A stretch of 64,000 nucleotides of DNA, from positions 1 to 64,000 of the forward strand of contig JALGPX010000037.1 in assembly GCA_023515795.1 (NCBI GenBank), read 5' to 3'. The position numbers were made by a program, and so were the translations under genes. The notes beneath the pieces were generated by a model, which saw nothing but the letters and a program-made list of their open reading frames with translations, ran no database searches and was not told where the DNA came from. The stretch is from Amoeboaphelidium occidentale. Lineage: Eukaryota. Of the stretch, positions 24,433 through 36,747 are shown piece after piece (the first letter of the stretch is position 1; the number at the start of each line of letters is the position of its first letter).

Positions 24433-25186
24433 CGAGAGCGAGTCAGACGACGACGAAGAGACGATTACTGTCAAGAGGCCCCATAAAGCGAAATACGAAG
24501 AAGAAGAGTTTGAGGAGGAGGAAGAAGAAGATATCGAAGAGGAGGTTGAAATGGAAGAAGAATTAGAAGAGGAACTGAGCGACGCAGAAGAGGAGGAAGA
24601 AGATAATGACGAGAGCAGTTTGAGTGAACCACAAAGCGGTGATATTTACAGTGACGAAGAAGACTTTTTGGAGGAAGTTAAAAATGATAAAGAATTTAAT
24701 CCCACGCAACGTTTAACTGCAAGACAGAGGCTGAAGGATAAGAAGGATATCTTTATGCAACTTCCGACACAGAAGTCACCAAAGAAGAAGACGAAAGCCC
24801 AGAGCGATTTGGAGTCGATGGAGAAAATGCAGAAGCGACAGAAGGAAGCCAAACGGCGGCTGGAAGAAGAGAAAGCGGCAACGATAAATCGTTTACTGAA
24901 GAAACAGGTTTCAAGGGTGAAACGTAAAGATTCTGAAGCATTGGAAGATAAAGAAGCTAAAGCTGCACTTAAAATGATCAGGTACATTAATAAGCCATCA
25001 GGTAGCGTGCTGGCATTTCCTGTTGGATACAATTTGGATCTACTGAAACCACAAAAGCTAGGAAGCTATCCAACGCTAGCAAAGTGCGCAGTTTCTAAAT
25101 GCTCTCTACCAAAGAAATACACTTGCACGAAGAATAAGTTGCCAGCGTGTTCCCTGAAGCATTTGAACGAATTGAAAGCGAAATAG
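24404..25186 (+). CDS. IES2: INO80 subunit Ies2/INO80B
   Basis: Acidic N-terminus, LTARQR, EEEKAATINRLLKKQ (PAPA-1), HIT-type zinc finger. Confidence 0.85.
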   Translation: MPKKRIVYSSESESDDDEETITVKRPHKAKYEEEEFEEEEEEDIEEEVEMEEELEEELSDAEEEEEDNDESSLSEPQSGDIYSDEEDFLEEVKNDKEFNPTQRLTARQRLKDKKDIFMQLPTQKSPKKKTKAQSDLESMEKMQKRQKEAKRRLEEEKAATINRLLKKQVSRVKRKDSEALEDKEAKAALKMIRYINKPSGSVLAFPVGYNLDLLKPQKLGSYPTLAKCAVSKCSLPKKYTCTKNKLPACSLKHLNELKAK

Positions 25187-25288
25187 ATTCAGTATGCGTC
25201 AACATTTTGCCATTTTGAAATGCCTTCGTCAAGCGATAAACACAGCCCGAAACGGCTGAATAGAAACGAGTCCCTAACATGGGCCAAT

Positions 25289-26573
25289 ATGTCTGAACTC
25301 ACAGACATAGACAACACGTAACTGTCTAATTTGCTTAATTCGATCTCATATTTGAAGAGGTGGTAACGCTGTGAGCAATGTGGATACATCAAAGGAAGGA
25401 TTGGGACCAACTGAGCATAGTGTGCCTATGGGTAACACTGAAAGATCAGATCATAGTGGAATGGCTGCTACTGCCTCTACTCCAACTAATGGTCCTTTTG
25501 ATGTACTGCGATCACCGAATATCAATAGGCTTACAGAGGATGAGATGAAAATGTTTGGTAGTGCTCCATTGACAGAGGAATTAGTATTGGTTCAATGTAA
25601 AGATTGCAAAAAGGCTCTGCTTCCCTCTTCCTTTGCCGAGCATGTGAAGTATTGTGGTCAGAAACAAGCACGATCCCAAACTGCATCAGCGACCACAGCA
25701 ACAGTTGCAAAGACCGAAAAGCCTCGCACTAGGAAGCCTAGTGTTTCTAGAGAATCGAAAAAGGTCACATCTTTATCTAATGGAGTAACTGCTGCTACTA
25801 CTGGCAAAGTCCCTGAGCCAAATCCTGTTCTTGCTGCCAACGCTCAACTTTTAAATGCACTCAAGCATAAAGGTATGCTTAAGCGTAAAAGGACCGGTAC
25901 AATTTTGACGCCGTTAAGAAAGACTCATTGTTAAGGGCCGGTTGATTTAAAGACTCAGTGTGGAGTTCTGTCTCATAATAACATGCCTTGTACACGACCT
26001 TTAAGTTGTCGCATCCATTCCACTTACGAGAAGAGTCTAGTGGAGGGAAGAGAATCTTTGAGTATGGATGTGCTTCTTCTAGATTACTGCGATAGTATGC
26101 ACGGTGTCGTTCGCAATCCAGCTGCATCATCAGTTAATCGCGGGAACATTGCAATTGAGGAAGCTATTGCTGATGATCGTAATACTGAAGCTGTTGCAGC
26201 AAGGCTGAGAAGCAGGCAAGTTAAACCATTGGTCACAGTTGATCCTGCACAATCCACATTTATTATGACGAACTGCTACAGAATGCGGGATTTATTCATG
26301 CGCATACTTCAAAAGCAGAAAGGAGTGCCTACTCCAGTCATCCCTGCTCCTCAACCTCAGAAAGTCAATGTTCTGCCAGTGGTTAGTACTGCACCAGCAC
26401 CTGTTGCAGCATCTGTGGTTTCAACAGAAAGCAAAGCTCCGTCGACGGTTGCAACAAAAGCAAAGCGACAATACAAGAAACGTGCTACTGCTAAAAAGAA
26501 TCCCAAAGAGACAGCACCGCAAGCACCTGCGGATTCTCCTTTAAATGATCCTCGTAATCTGAAACTTATGTAA
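25289..26573 (+). CDS. SGF73: SAGA DUB subunit Sgf73/ataxin-7
   Basis: CKDCKK...HVKYC zinc finger and SCA7 domain (VDLKTQCGV...PCTRPLSCRIHS...VEGR); two introns. Confidence 0.85.
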
Positions 26574-26622
26574 AAAAATATACTTCAAGACAATAACAAG
26601 GACGTTTTTCATTTCGCAATAT

Positions 26623-29600
26623 CTATTTACTACCTATCCCTGCTTCAATAGGAATCATGCAGCTTCTTGCAACTGATGTAAACAATTTTTCGATATCAGG
26701 AGCACATGTGGTGAATTTGTGACTCCAGAAATCGTATCTCGGATTCTTCAACAACTCAATAAAAGTGATCAACATTCCCCAAGGATGAGGCCTATTTACA
26801 ATTAATCTCTCCAATAGCACCCTTGTTATTTGCTCCTTCATAACTTCATTAGAACATTCGACAAAAAGGAATAACAAAACACAGCTGAAATAATGGGTGT
26901 GACTGTTTGGATATCTAAGGTGGTTCGCAATGGCGTTCAAGAAATGATAGCGACCTAAAGTTAAGAGATGTTAAAACGTTAAAATTACCTTCAGAATCTA
27001 GCGCCATAACGATCTGTTTGTAGAGTTCCATAATTCTGCCATCATTCTTCGAGACGGTCCCTTGTTTCTGTTCAATGGCGAATATTCCAACATACAAAAC
27101 AAAAGAATTGATCAATGGAATATTGTAATGACTTCCATAAGAATATACTTCCTCATCCTTCAACAAAAAGTTTTGAATAAACGCGTTTCCGCCTTCGCGA
27201 CTGCTAAATGGCGAAGTATTGCTCTTCAACATTGCATCTAGCTGCTTTAAGAACTCAGGATTCTTTCGAAGATTGTGCATATAATCTGAATGAATCTCTG
27301 GCTGTTTGAAAGTCTCGGGTAGCAAATCAATTTTCAAATCCCTTGTAAATGGATCAGGAAGTCTCATGTTTCGTGGAAATGCTGATAGAATCAAGTTTCG
27401 TAATTGTATACAAGTAGGAGGAATTACATCACACAAACTGAAGTGATGCTCACACAAGAATTGAGGGAAATCGTGAAGGAGTATCAACAGTAATCGAAGA
27501 GTTCCCTTGTATAAAAGTCTGATCGGATCTGTGAGTTCTGCATGTCGAAGGAATGGAGATAAGAAATTAAAAACATCCAGAAGCAAGACATGCAATACAC
27601 TTTGCTGATGTGTCAATATTTTTTGTAAGAAGAACTTGTGAGATACTAACTGAATGAAAGAGTACACAAAAGATGGCAGCTGATTTGGCCTCATCGAATG
27701 CAAACAATTTCCAAACGCATTATAATATAATTCTAAATTAGCAATATTGTTTCCCCTTCGGTCCAACTCTTCCAGTAATATAACAAGTATTCTAAAATAA
27801 GGTCGGCTGTCAAATGCGTCTCGTCGAATATCATGAGAGTGAGTAATTAAGAGTGAAATCAAGGACAGCAAACTGGTAAAAACACTAACGTTCTCAAAGC
27901 ACTTGGAGTAATTACTCAGAATGAATTGAGTGATTTTGTCGAGTTCCAAGTACGCTATTGGTGTAGCTGTGCCAGGAAAGTTCCTGAACTTGTAGTAATT
28001 TTCAACAGCAACTTCAAAGAATCTCCTCACACTTGTTATAGACAAACTTCCGCTAATAACAACTGGTGCGGTTGATGTTACAACCTGTCGATATAGTTCG
28101 TCATCTTTGCTGAAGTCTTCCTTTGCTTGAACGAAAACCTGTGCCAATATACGCTTCAAGATTTGCAGTTCTTCAAATGATTGCTTCTGTTGAGATAATT
28201 CGATTTGAAGAGCAGGAAGTTTGCTGTTAAGAACCGAAAGCGTATAGTAAAACTCCAAATGAGTACACACAGCAGGCTTTGAGCTTGTGAGATTATCAAC
28301 AAGCCGTATTGTGAACTTCATTAAATTAATTCTAATGGCTTCCAGTTTCTGTGACAAATAAGAGTCGAACTCGTAAATGTTTATCAAGCCGTTGTTCACT
28401 AAAGAAGTGACCACAATCAATGCAGTCTTTTCGTTTGATCCAATTGACAGAATTTCTTCCAAGTTAAATGTGAGGTACATTACAAGCTCTCTGCCGATTC
28501 TCTTGTTCATCTCAGACATTCTCTCTAACAACACAATATATACTTCAACCCTCAATGTAAGTTCCTTGTTATCTGCGTCAGATTTAATTTCAAAAACAAA
28601 GAGATTCTTAAGTAAATTCTCGCATAGCCACAACATGACTTCATTAGAAGGACTCTGGTTAATCTGTGCGTTGATTTGCCTTACCAAACCGACTAATTCA
28701 TGATCTGACGGTAAATTAGACACATTGAAAGATTGACAGTTAGCCTTGATAGACTGGTTCAAACTAGCAATAAGACTTTCCAAACTTTTAAGGACAATTG
28801 AATAAGCAGTAGGAGCGCTTTGCGGCGGAACTATTGCTCGCTTAGCAGTAGCCAACTGAGGTCCTTCGTTCGCTGCTTTTCCAGCCATTTGAGAATTAGC
28901 TCTCACAGTGGTCTGTGGAGCAGAGATACCTCCAAGAACAGATGAGAAATCTTCATACACTTGATACATCATTTGTTGCTGACGATAGCGAAAGTTGGGA
29001 TCAGGAATGACCATATTTGCTCTTGATCTGTTGGCATAATCGTCAACCCATTCAAGTCCTCTTTCTCTGGTTTTTCTCCTTTGCATCATGTTTGGCTGCA
29101 GTTCGGAAGTTATTTCGGTTAAACTTCTTTCCATGGCTGCTTTCTGAATTACAAGACAACCAAGTTCAACATTCTCATTAATAACTTGCTCCAGAATCAT
29201 ATCCAAGTTAGCATTATCCCCTAAAGTCTGCATTGCTAGGACTCTCACTTGATTAACCAAATTAATTCTGAAAGGCTCTTTGGATGTGACCATGGCTAAA
29301 TTTCCAGCCAAACTCTGAACCATTGTAATTCCTGCAATCCTAAGTCTTTCCTCGTTTGGCTCGCTAGAAAAATCTTTCAAGACAAGTTCTCTAGTAGCAA
29401 CAAGGGCGATCGAAACTGAACGTTCAACAACCGGCATGATAATTTCTCTAATTGTTCTGTCCATAGCAACCAACAAGATTCTCTTTAGCACAGGACTGTT
29501 AATGATAACAGGGTGATTGTAATTGATGAAGTTCACCAAGTTATTGATAAACATATTGCCTTCTTCGTCAACGCCAATAGATGGAACATCATTAAACTTG

Positions 29601-32212
29601 CTGATCTTTGCCTGAGGAAGTTGGGTCTGCTGCACAAACTGCTGATTCATAATTTGCTGTTGCTGAGTATACTGTTGATTATACTGCTGTTGTTGATTCA
29701 TTTGTTGTATCGTTTCTCTTATGACTCTAGACGTCTCGATGTGCTTGATCTCAATATTAATATTACGGAGCAATACTTCCACCTCAAACTTCAGGTTTAA
29801 TTTTAATTCCGCATAATAATATAACTCTACGAGCAGCTTCAAAAGGGCCATCATCCATGGATTCGATGATTTAAACGCTCTGGAGTCCTTGGATTGTTCT
29901 AGAACTTTACAGACAAAAGGAATGATCACGATAAGTCTTCCACTGATAAATCCTTCAATAAGCAATATTTTCAAGGATAAGTCCTTTTCTCTCAAAGGTT
30001 TATCTCTTGCCAATGTAATTTGACCCAGCCAAGATCCCAAATTCTTCAACAATGATCTTTCTTGTGTTGAAGTGATAGTCTTTTCCGACTGCAAGAGAAT
30101 CTTGATATTTGCCAGAGTCTCATCTAGAACGTTCTTGTTCAGGTCCGCAGAAGTCAACCCATCATATATCAAATTCAGATATAGTTTATGATTATTCGGC
30201 TCCACTGCGATTCTGTTCACAACCAAGTAGTTACTAAACCATTTTAAATTAGATGGATTCGTTAGCAAAGCCTTGATTTCTTTAGATTTAGCAGCCAAGT
30301 TCGATTCTGACAAGTTGTTCAGCAGGAAAAGAAGCTTGTCAGAATTATTCGTCATATCAACAGACGACAGAGATGATGAGTTCTGCGGAACATTCTCCTT
30401 TGCTCCAGATGAAGCATCATTCAAAATCTGGATCAATTCAGGAAATGCTTCGTTCAAGTGATTAATCTGAAGCAAACTTGAACAATACGACGGATATTCT
30501 TTCAATTTCACAGCGAACTGTTGCAAAGCTTTCAATCCAAACTTAAACAGTTTCGTCTTAGCTGGTCTCTTTACACTTTCCAAAACTATTCTTAGCATCG
30601 CAGCAAGTTTGTTTGGAGATAGCAGGTGAGATCTCAAAATTATTAGACCAAACAATTCAGCAGCCAGCATCAGCTGTTCATCAGGATACTTTGAAAATGC
30701 TTTGAATTCATCCACTAATATAAAAATGATACAGTTCATAAGCTGCACATCTTGATTAGTGCCACTATTGTTCAACTTTTCAAGAACTTCAATAATTTGT
30801 CTGCATGTAAGTTGACCTCCATACATTTTCTCATAATAAGAACTTGCTTCATCTTCAACAGCTTTAGGATAATCCTCTGAGAATATATCTAATCCACTTG
30901 CAGAAGAGTTCAACTGTGCAAGCATATTCAGAGTTTCTTTGAAGAAGCCACCTAGATTAGATGCAACAAAAACATTGCTCTTCATTTGCATTACTTTGGC
31001 AAATATTTGCATGGTATCTTCATGAAGAGGAATCGTCTTTGTATTGACATTAGGGGCAGCCAGAACAACAGAGGCATTCAAGGCGGCTCTTGCAACCAAT
31101 TTCATTTGAATAAACTCCAAATAAACTTTCTTGAAATCTTCACCCTTCTTCTCAATACTATCCAAAAGCCATTTTTCCAAGTTCAAGAACTCGCGCCGAC
31201 TTGCTAAAGCAGCCAAGTCTATGCTAAACAAGACGCTTTTCGAAAAGTCAAGAATATGTGTTAAAGCCTTCAATTCCTGCGTGATATCAAGTATTCTTGA
31301 CAAGCCAGCAGGATCTTGTCTGTACCACTCTACCATGGCATCCATAACAATCTCTTTCTCTAACGGCCAGACACGTGTGAGAACAAATGTTGAACTTGAA
31401 TGACCAACAACAAATACCATAACCAACTTACGAACAGCCTCCAAATGAATACCTTGCCATGGCTTTTCTAATTTGCACAAACCAATACATACTAATTCAG
31501 TTGCTTGGCGTGAACCCAAATCCAACAAAAGTTTCGCTTCTTCTTCAGCATTACGGTCACCACACCCAGCCAAAGAAGTAATAGTTCTCAAAAGAGACAA
31601 TGAGTTCCACTGTTGATTTAACCAACCATTTGCGATCGCTCTTGTTGAAGCAGGAATATTGATCAAGTTGTCTGGAGTTAAAATGCGATCAGGGCTCAAT
31701 CGAACAATATCGAGGAACTCTCGTTGGGCTTGCGTAGCTTGCCGTAAGAAAGAAACTTGACCTTTTTTAAATGACCATTTACCCCAAAATAAGTCCAAAG
31801 GAAAGTCTCCCTTCTTCGTGCAAGCGTAAGCCTTCACCAACAAATCAAAAGCGCGATGGTCAGAACAGTAAAATTCTTCACAATCCAACTTCTCCATAAC
31901 ACCACGCCAGTTGAGTGAGGGATAAATTTCCATGATAACTTGAACAAAGTTCTCAATTTGCCAATTATACGACATTGCCATCGAATCCACAACCGGTGGC
32001 ATAACTGAGCCCGTCCACATGGTAGCTTGATTAGAAGCCACTGGGTCTGAGGATGTGCGAGCCATCCAGACCAAGCACCTTGCGATTTCTTGTTCGTCCT
32101 GCTTCGGCAGGGAAATAATTAACGATTTAAATGAAGGCTGAGTCGCCAGACAGGATGGGCCAGCTTCCTTAAGCACATTGCTTAGCGAGGAAGCGCTACT
32201 TAAACCTGACAT
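26623..32212 (-). CDS. NOT1: CCR4-NOT scaffold Not1
   Basis: [46 protein letters not shown]; one intron near 26954-26988. Confidence 0.97.
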
Positions 32213-32384
32213 GAAAACTAAAATATTTCAGGCGATTTAAAGTAAACAGACGCTACCTTGTAATGCCTAATGAAATCTTATTCTTGGAAAATCGAAATGA
32301 TTGTGCGAGGCGATGATTACATTCCGATAGACGCTTTTAAATTAGTAACGCATTTATTCCAACGCACTAGAACGAACAGTTCGG

Positions 32385-33263
32385 CTAAACAATGCCTTCG
32401 CCAACTTCTACTTCCGGATGCCTTGATGTTAGTTCCTCATACGCTGCTTGATCGAATCTGAACGTGACACCATCGCCTTTAGACGTGAACACTGGAATCA
32501 ACCAGTATCTGTAATCATCACCAAATATCTCTTTAAAGTTTTCCTTCCATCCAATATCGAAAATATTGATGTAGTCGCCCTGAGACAAATGGTGATATCT
32601 GCCAAAGTTTTTAACATTTACGTAACGGTGCCTCTCAAAGGACTCAATAGTTGAATTGTTCCGGAATATTAACTGTAAATGCATGATAAAGAATCCCAGG
32701 AGGCCCAGCCCAAATACTACACCAACTATCGTCAGGAATACGAGTTGCATTTCACCAGGCACGATTATCATAAGATCTGCACCAGACACCACCAAGTACA
32801 ATCCGATACTCAACGACGTATACAACCCAAGAAGAGAACAATAGAGCAAGAACAACACAAAATACTTGTAATTATAAAAGCCAACACAATTATGAACCCA
32901 TGGGCAATGATGGTCCATCTTTAGAACGCATTTCTGACATAATCTGCAGTGATGAGAACGATCTGGCTTCCAGCTGCCACATTTTCGACAATGTCTTGGA
33001 TCTCCACTCCTCTTGGCTGTAATGGATGTTGTAGGATCCTTTGGAGGAGAGCCTGGATCTGTAAATATGACCTTGTAGTATGATATCAATAATAACCAAA
33101 AGAGACAATTGAATAGAATCAGTAGAATCAAGCCCAGCAAGATTGCGTACTGTGTAAAAAGTATACGGAGAAAGACGAAATGATAAGCGTAGTAAACCCA
33201 TCCTAGTAAGGCCATGACGAACACGAGAGGTATGGCGCCTGCCACTCTGATGTGCGTTTCCAT
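32385..33263 (-). CDS. DHHC palmitoyltransferase
   Basis: CVLKMDHHCPWVHNCVG, four TM segments, STIE. Confidence 0.95.
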   Translation of the reverse strand: METHIRVAGAIPLVFVMALLGWVYYAYHFVFLRILFTQYAILLGLILLILFNCLFWLLLISYYKVIFTDPGSPPKDPTTSITAKRSGDPRHCRKCGSWKPDRSHHCRLCQKCVLKMDHHCPWVHNCVGFYNYKYFVLFLLYCSLLGLYTSLSIGLYLVVSGADLMIIVPGEMQLVFLTIVGVVFGLGLLGFFIMHLQLIFRNNSTIESFERHRYVNVKNFGRYHHLSQGDYINIFDIGWKENFKEIFGDDYRYWLIPVFTSKGDGVTFRFDQAAYEELTSRHPEVEVGEGIV

Positions 33264-33280
33264 TTAGAATACTTTTATTA

Positions 33281-33745
33281 TTACTGTTGCAGCTGCTTGG
33301 TGATTGCTTGGAAAATATTGAAGGAAGTATTTGGGAACTGCCAATAGACAGCAGCCACTCCAGTTAAAAGAGGCCACGCTAATTTTCCTATAATTGTTGA
33401 GTTTCTAGACAAAACACTTCCAGCGAGAGCTCCAATTGAGACATATGAAACTTTTGTTAGTGTGACCACCTCTAAAGGATCATGAACCTTCAAGGCTGCT
33501 CTTCTTAGCCCCGACTCAAAAGCAAAATAACTGTCAGTTGTGTACTTCAATTGATCCCTAAGAGCAACCAGCGAGCTGTTTAAATTTGTTCTCGCTACGG
33601 AGACTCCTCCTTCAATCCACTTGTGAGCATCAGATGGTTCAGTCTTTGTCCACACAAAAGTATCAGCAGAATTATCATCGTAAACGCTCAAAGGTTTTGC
33701 GGACGATGAATTTGTTCGGGTGTGGATTTTTGTAAAAGGCAGCAT
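33281..33745 (-). CDS. MICOS Mic26/Mic27 (ApoO-like) subunit
   Basis: LSVYD, GALAGSVLSRN...WPLLTG...FP pattern; start uncertain. Confidence 0.6.
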   Translation of the reverse strand: MLPFTKIHTRTNSSSAKPLSVYDDNSADTFVWTKTEPSDAHKWIEGGVSVARTNLNSSLVALRDQLKYTTDSYFAFESGLRRAALKVHDPLEVVTLTKVSYVSIGALAGSVLSRNSTIIGKLAWPLLTGVAAVYWQFPNTSFNIFQAITKQLQQ

Positions 33746-33903
33746 TTCAATTCCAAAAGAAACAAGGGAGCGATTGAGCAAGCTAGAGGTTGGAGATGTC
33801 ACCCTTCACAATTAAAATTGTCAGCCGTAAAATCCAAAAGGCATTACTTCTAGATAAAGGAAGAACATAATCATGTGAAGTGTCCCTCAAAAAGTCAAAA
33901 AGA

Positions 33904-34000
33904 TGGTCCTGCCAAGGATCGAACTTGGGACCTTTTCGGTGTTTGGGAATCAATTGAATCCCTGTAAACGAAACGTGAATAACCACTACACCACAGAACC
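33904..34000 (-). tRNA. tRNA-Val(UAC) with 23-nt intron (33940-33962)
   Basis: Acceptor GGTTCTG/CAGGACC, anticodon stem TTTCG/CGAAA with loop TT-TAC-A^C, T-arm CCAAG-TTCGATC-CTTGG. Confidence 0.92.
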
Positions 34001-34135
34001 TTCTTTTAGCAAAGTTTTTGGTGGGTTTATGAATCGTAAAACATTTGTTGGGATTCTTTTGTCTTCACAATACTTTACTGATGGTTAAATACACGGACTG
34101 TGCCCTCTAAGGACGACGTCGATGAGAATCTTGAT

Positions 34136-35119
34136 TTATTTGAACAAGTTCTCTTTGTAATTTTGGGATGTATCATCTTCTTTGACTTGATACAGGATCC
34201 TTTTGAGATTCCTTTGGACCAAAGAGTTAGAACCGTATTCCTTTAGAAGCCTTTTTAAAGTTTGGAGATATTTTTCTCTGGTCTTTATATCCACATAATC
34301 AATTAGTAGGAACAAGGCATCGCTCGCGACAATTACTATGCGAGGATCAACAACAGCAGCAGCAGAAGTACCAGAGGATGAAGCTAAAGCGGATGCTTTA
34401 CCAGACGACACATCAGGCACAACTTCTCTTGTGACTTTCTTAATTCTGTTTCGTTCAGATAAGAAGACTGATGGAACATTCATTTGATGATCCTTCTCAA
34501 TTACAAAATCTTCCTTCAGGACCTTCTCTGCGGGTAAATCGCGACTCTGAAACAGTGAAAAGTATTCGTCAAAGAATGCAAAGAAGGAATTCTTCAGGAT
34601 AATTTCTCGCTTGTACTTTTGATTAAACTTCAGCTGCTGAAACAGTCGATACCACTTTTCATAATCATCGCCCTCCGTTAATTCCTCGTAAATGCAGAAC
34701 AGCAACAGGAAGTAGAGAGAATTTAGAATGGAATCCTTTGCAACATCAAAAGTCAAAATGCTACAGCCCATGAGTAATTGCAAAAGCATCGTATACCGCA
34801 GATTCTTCCAGAGCAGATAAAAAGTCTTTTGAATTACTTTGCTGTATTTGCTGGCCTTCACAATTGAGTTCCCGTAAGTTTTCTTGTAAGGCAAGAGCAG
34901 GGGCATCAGAGTAATAGAATTTAAAAGTAGAATCGCTGCGTATATAATTTTCTTGTAGTTCTTAACAAAAGGCAACAGGAGCAGCGGTAAAAGTGTCAAA
35001 TCCCGTGAGAGTCCAATGGTGACCAGAGCTATAATGTAAAAGTTCCGGTGGTCTTTTAGGGTAGCTGTTAGTGATGAATTCTTGTTGGCCATTCCGCGCG
35101 AGAGATTGTTGGGGATCAT
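34136..35119 (-). CDS. Hypothetical multi-pass membrane protein
   Basis: Intronless 327-aa ORF with about four hydrophobic segments; ATG may be at 35092. Confidence 0.55.
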   Translation of the reverse strand: MIPNNLSRGMANKNSSLTATLKDHRNFYIIALVTIGLSRDLTLLPLLLLPFVKNYKKIIYAAILLLNSITLMPLLLPYKKTYGNSIVKASKYSKVIQKTFYLLWKNLRYTMLLQLLMGCSILTFDVAKDSILNSLYFLLLFCIYEELTEGDDYEKWYRLFQQLKFNQKYKREIILKNSFFAFFDEYFSLFQSRDLPAEKVLKEDFVIEKDHQMNVPSVFLSERNRIKKVTREVVPDVSSGKASALASSSGTSAAAVVDPRIVIVASDALFLLIDYVDIKTREKYLQTLKRLLKEYGSNSLVQRNLKRILYQVKEDDTSQNYKENLFK

Positions 35120-35131
35120 TGCACGGGAACA

Positions 35132-36730
35132 ATGTTACATCTTGCTCTGCTCTTTGCGATCTTTCTAACGCTTGCCCGAAGCTCTGGTCTGCCTGAAATA
35201 CGTCATGCTCATCAGCTTCTAAAGCATGATACAGTGTCTGTGGTGCTTTACATGAAAGATCAATATGATCATGAAACTGATCATGATAGATTAAAGCTAT
35301 TGAGGTCACATCAAGATGATCTTTTGGGGCATCATGTCTTTAATAGGTTACAGGCTGTTGCACAATCATCTAATGGAGTCATTGATAAGTTGTGGAAGAT
35401 GCCATACATAAGAAACGTCAGAAGTTATCATATTGTAAACTGCGTTTTTGTGGATTTGGATTCAAAGTACCTGGGACATCTTCAGAGAGAAATGGATGGT
35501 ATGGGTGTGCGCTACATTGAAAGCAATATGAAGTTTAAAGTTGATTTGGCTTTAGATTTTGAAGTTGATTCTATCGAAGAGTATGAGAAAGTTGAGCGGT
35601 TGGTGCATTCGATGAGAGATACAGATCAAGAATACAACAAAGCTATTGATTACGTTGATAAAGCTCTGGGTAAAAGGAGTGTGCAAAAGCAAATGTCTAC
35701 TGAACAGAAGCAGAAAAGGGAATGGCATTTGGACTATGTTAAAGTAGATCAGATATGGACGAATTACTCTGTAAAAGGGCAAGGTCTCATCTACGGTAAC
35801 GCAGATACTGGAGTGATGTATAATCACGAAGCTCTTGTGAATCAATACAAGGGAAACAAAGGAAATGGTGTGTTCGAGCATGAATATAGTTGGTGGAACG
35901 GAGTAAGAAATATCGTAGATGAACCTTATGATGATCAAGGTCATGGAACTCATACAACTTCAACTGCTGTAGGAACCAAAGGACTTGGAATCGCACCAGA
36001 GGCTAAATGGATCGCATGCAAGAACATGGAAGGTGGTGTTGGTTCGCCTGAGACATATATTAGCTGCTTACAGTTCTTCCTTGCTCCGCACGATAGAAAT
36101 GGTTTGAATCCAAAGCCTCATTTGAGACCTATATCAATTGGAAACTCCTACAATTGCCCAACCTCAGAAGGTTGTGCGACTAATACTTTTAACAAGGCAG
36201 TGGATAACTTGAAAGCTGCCGGTATTTACGTAGCTTTAGCAGCTGGTAACGAAGGACCGTCATGTAGAAGTATAAATGTTCCGCCAGCCTGTGAAAAAAG
36301 TGGAAGTGTTACCGGAGCCCTTGCGTTCAAGTCAAATCGCATCGCTTACTTTTCATCCAAAGGACCATGTGTAGGTGGAGAAAAAACCTGGATAAAACCG
36401 GATTTAGTTGCACCTGGCTCATCACTTGTAGGGGCTTATCCTGGAAATGGCGGCGAGACAGATTTCTACAAAGCCTTGTCTGGAACATCAATGGCTACTC
36501 CTATTAATGGCGCTTCTGCCTTAATTATAACGCAAGCGTGCCCCTGCTACAAAAGAAATGTGGATGCGATACAGAAGTTGTTGCAAGACACTGCGACTAA
36601 AATTCCAGTGGATGCCGCGTCTGGCTGCGCTAATGAACTTAAAAACTCTGTTCCAAATACAAGTTACGGTTATGGTTTGATAAACTTGGCGGAAGCAGTT
36701 AAAACATGCAGGAAAATTTGCTCAAAGTAA
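35132..36730 (+). CDS. Secreted S8 subtilase, bacillopeptidase-F-like
   Basis: Signal peptide, catalytic DTG, GHGTHT, GTSMA; WIACK and LQFFLAP motifs; intronless. Confidence 0.9.
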   Translation: MLHLALLFAIFLTLARSSGLPEIRHAHQLLKHDTVSVVLYMKDQYDHETDHDRLKLLRSHQDDLLGHHVFNRLQAVAQSSNGVIDKLWKMPYIRNVRSYHIVNCVFVDLDSKYLGHLQREMDGMGVRYIESNMKFKVDLALDFEVDSIEEYEKVERLVHSMRDTDQEYNKAIDYVDKALGKRSVQKQMSTEQKQKREWHLDYVKVDQIWTNYSVKGQGLIYGNADTGVMYNHEALVNQYKGNKGNGVFEHEYSWWNGVRNIVDEPYDDQGHGTHTTSTAVGTKGLGIAPEAKWIACKNMEGGVGSPETYISCLQFFLAPHDRNGLNPKPHLRPISIGNSYNCPTSEGCATNTFNKAVDNLKAAGIYVALAAGNEGPSCRSINVPPACEKSGSVTGALAFKSNRIAYFSSKGPCVGGEKTWIKPDLVAPGSSLVGAYPGNGGETDFYKALSGTSMATPINGASALIITQACPCYKRNVDAIQKLLQDTATKIPVDAASGCANELKNSVPNTSYGYGLINLAEAVKTCRKICSK

Positions 36731-36747
36731 TGGCGGGTGTTTCTATT

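Noticed and set aside
24490..24610. GAA/GAG-rich repeat (also the CAA/CAG run near 29630-29710)
   Set aside because: Coding low-complexity tracts (poly-Glu in Ies2, poly-Gln in Not1), not repeat arrays.
33903..34088. Short ORFs over the tRNA, and the many antisense ORFs in the track
   Set aside because: They are shadows of the tRNA or of conserved genes on the opposite strand or frame.
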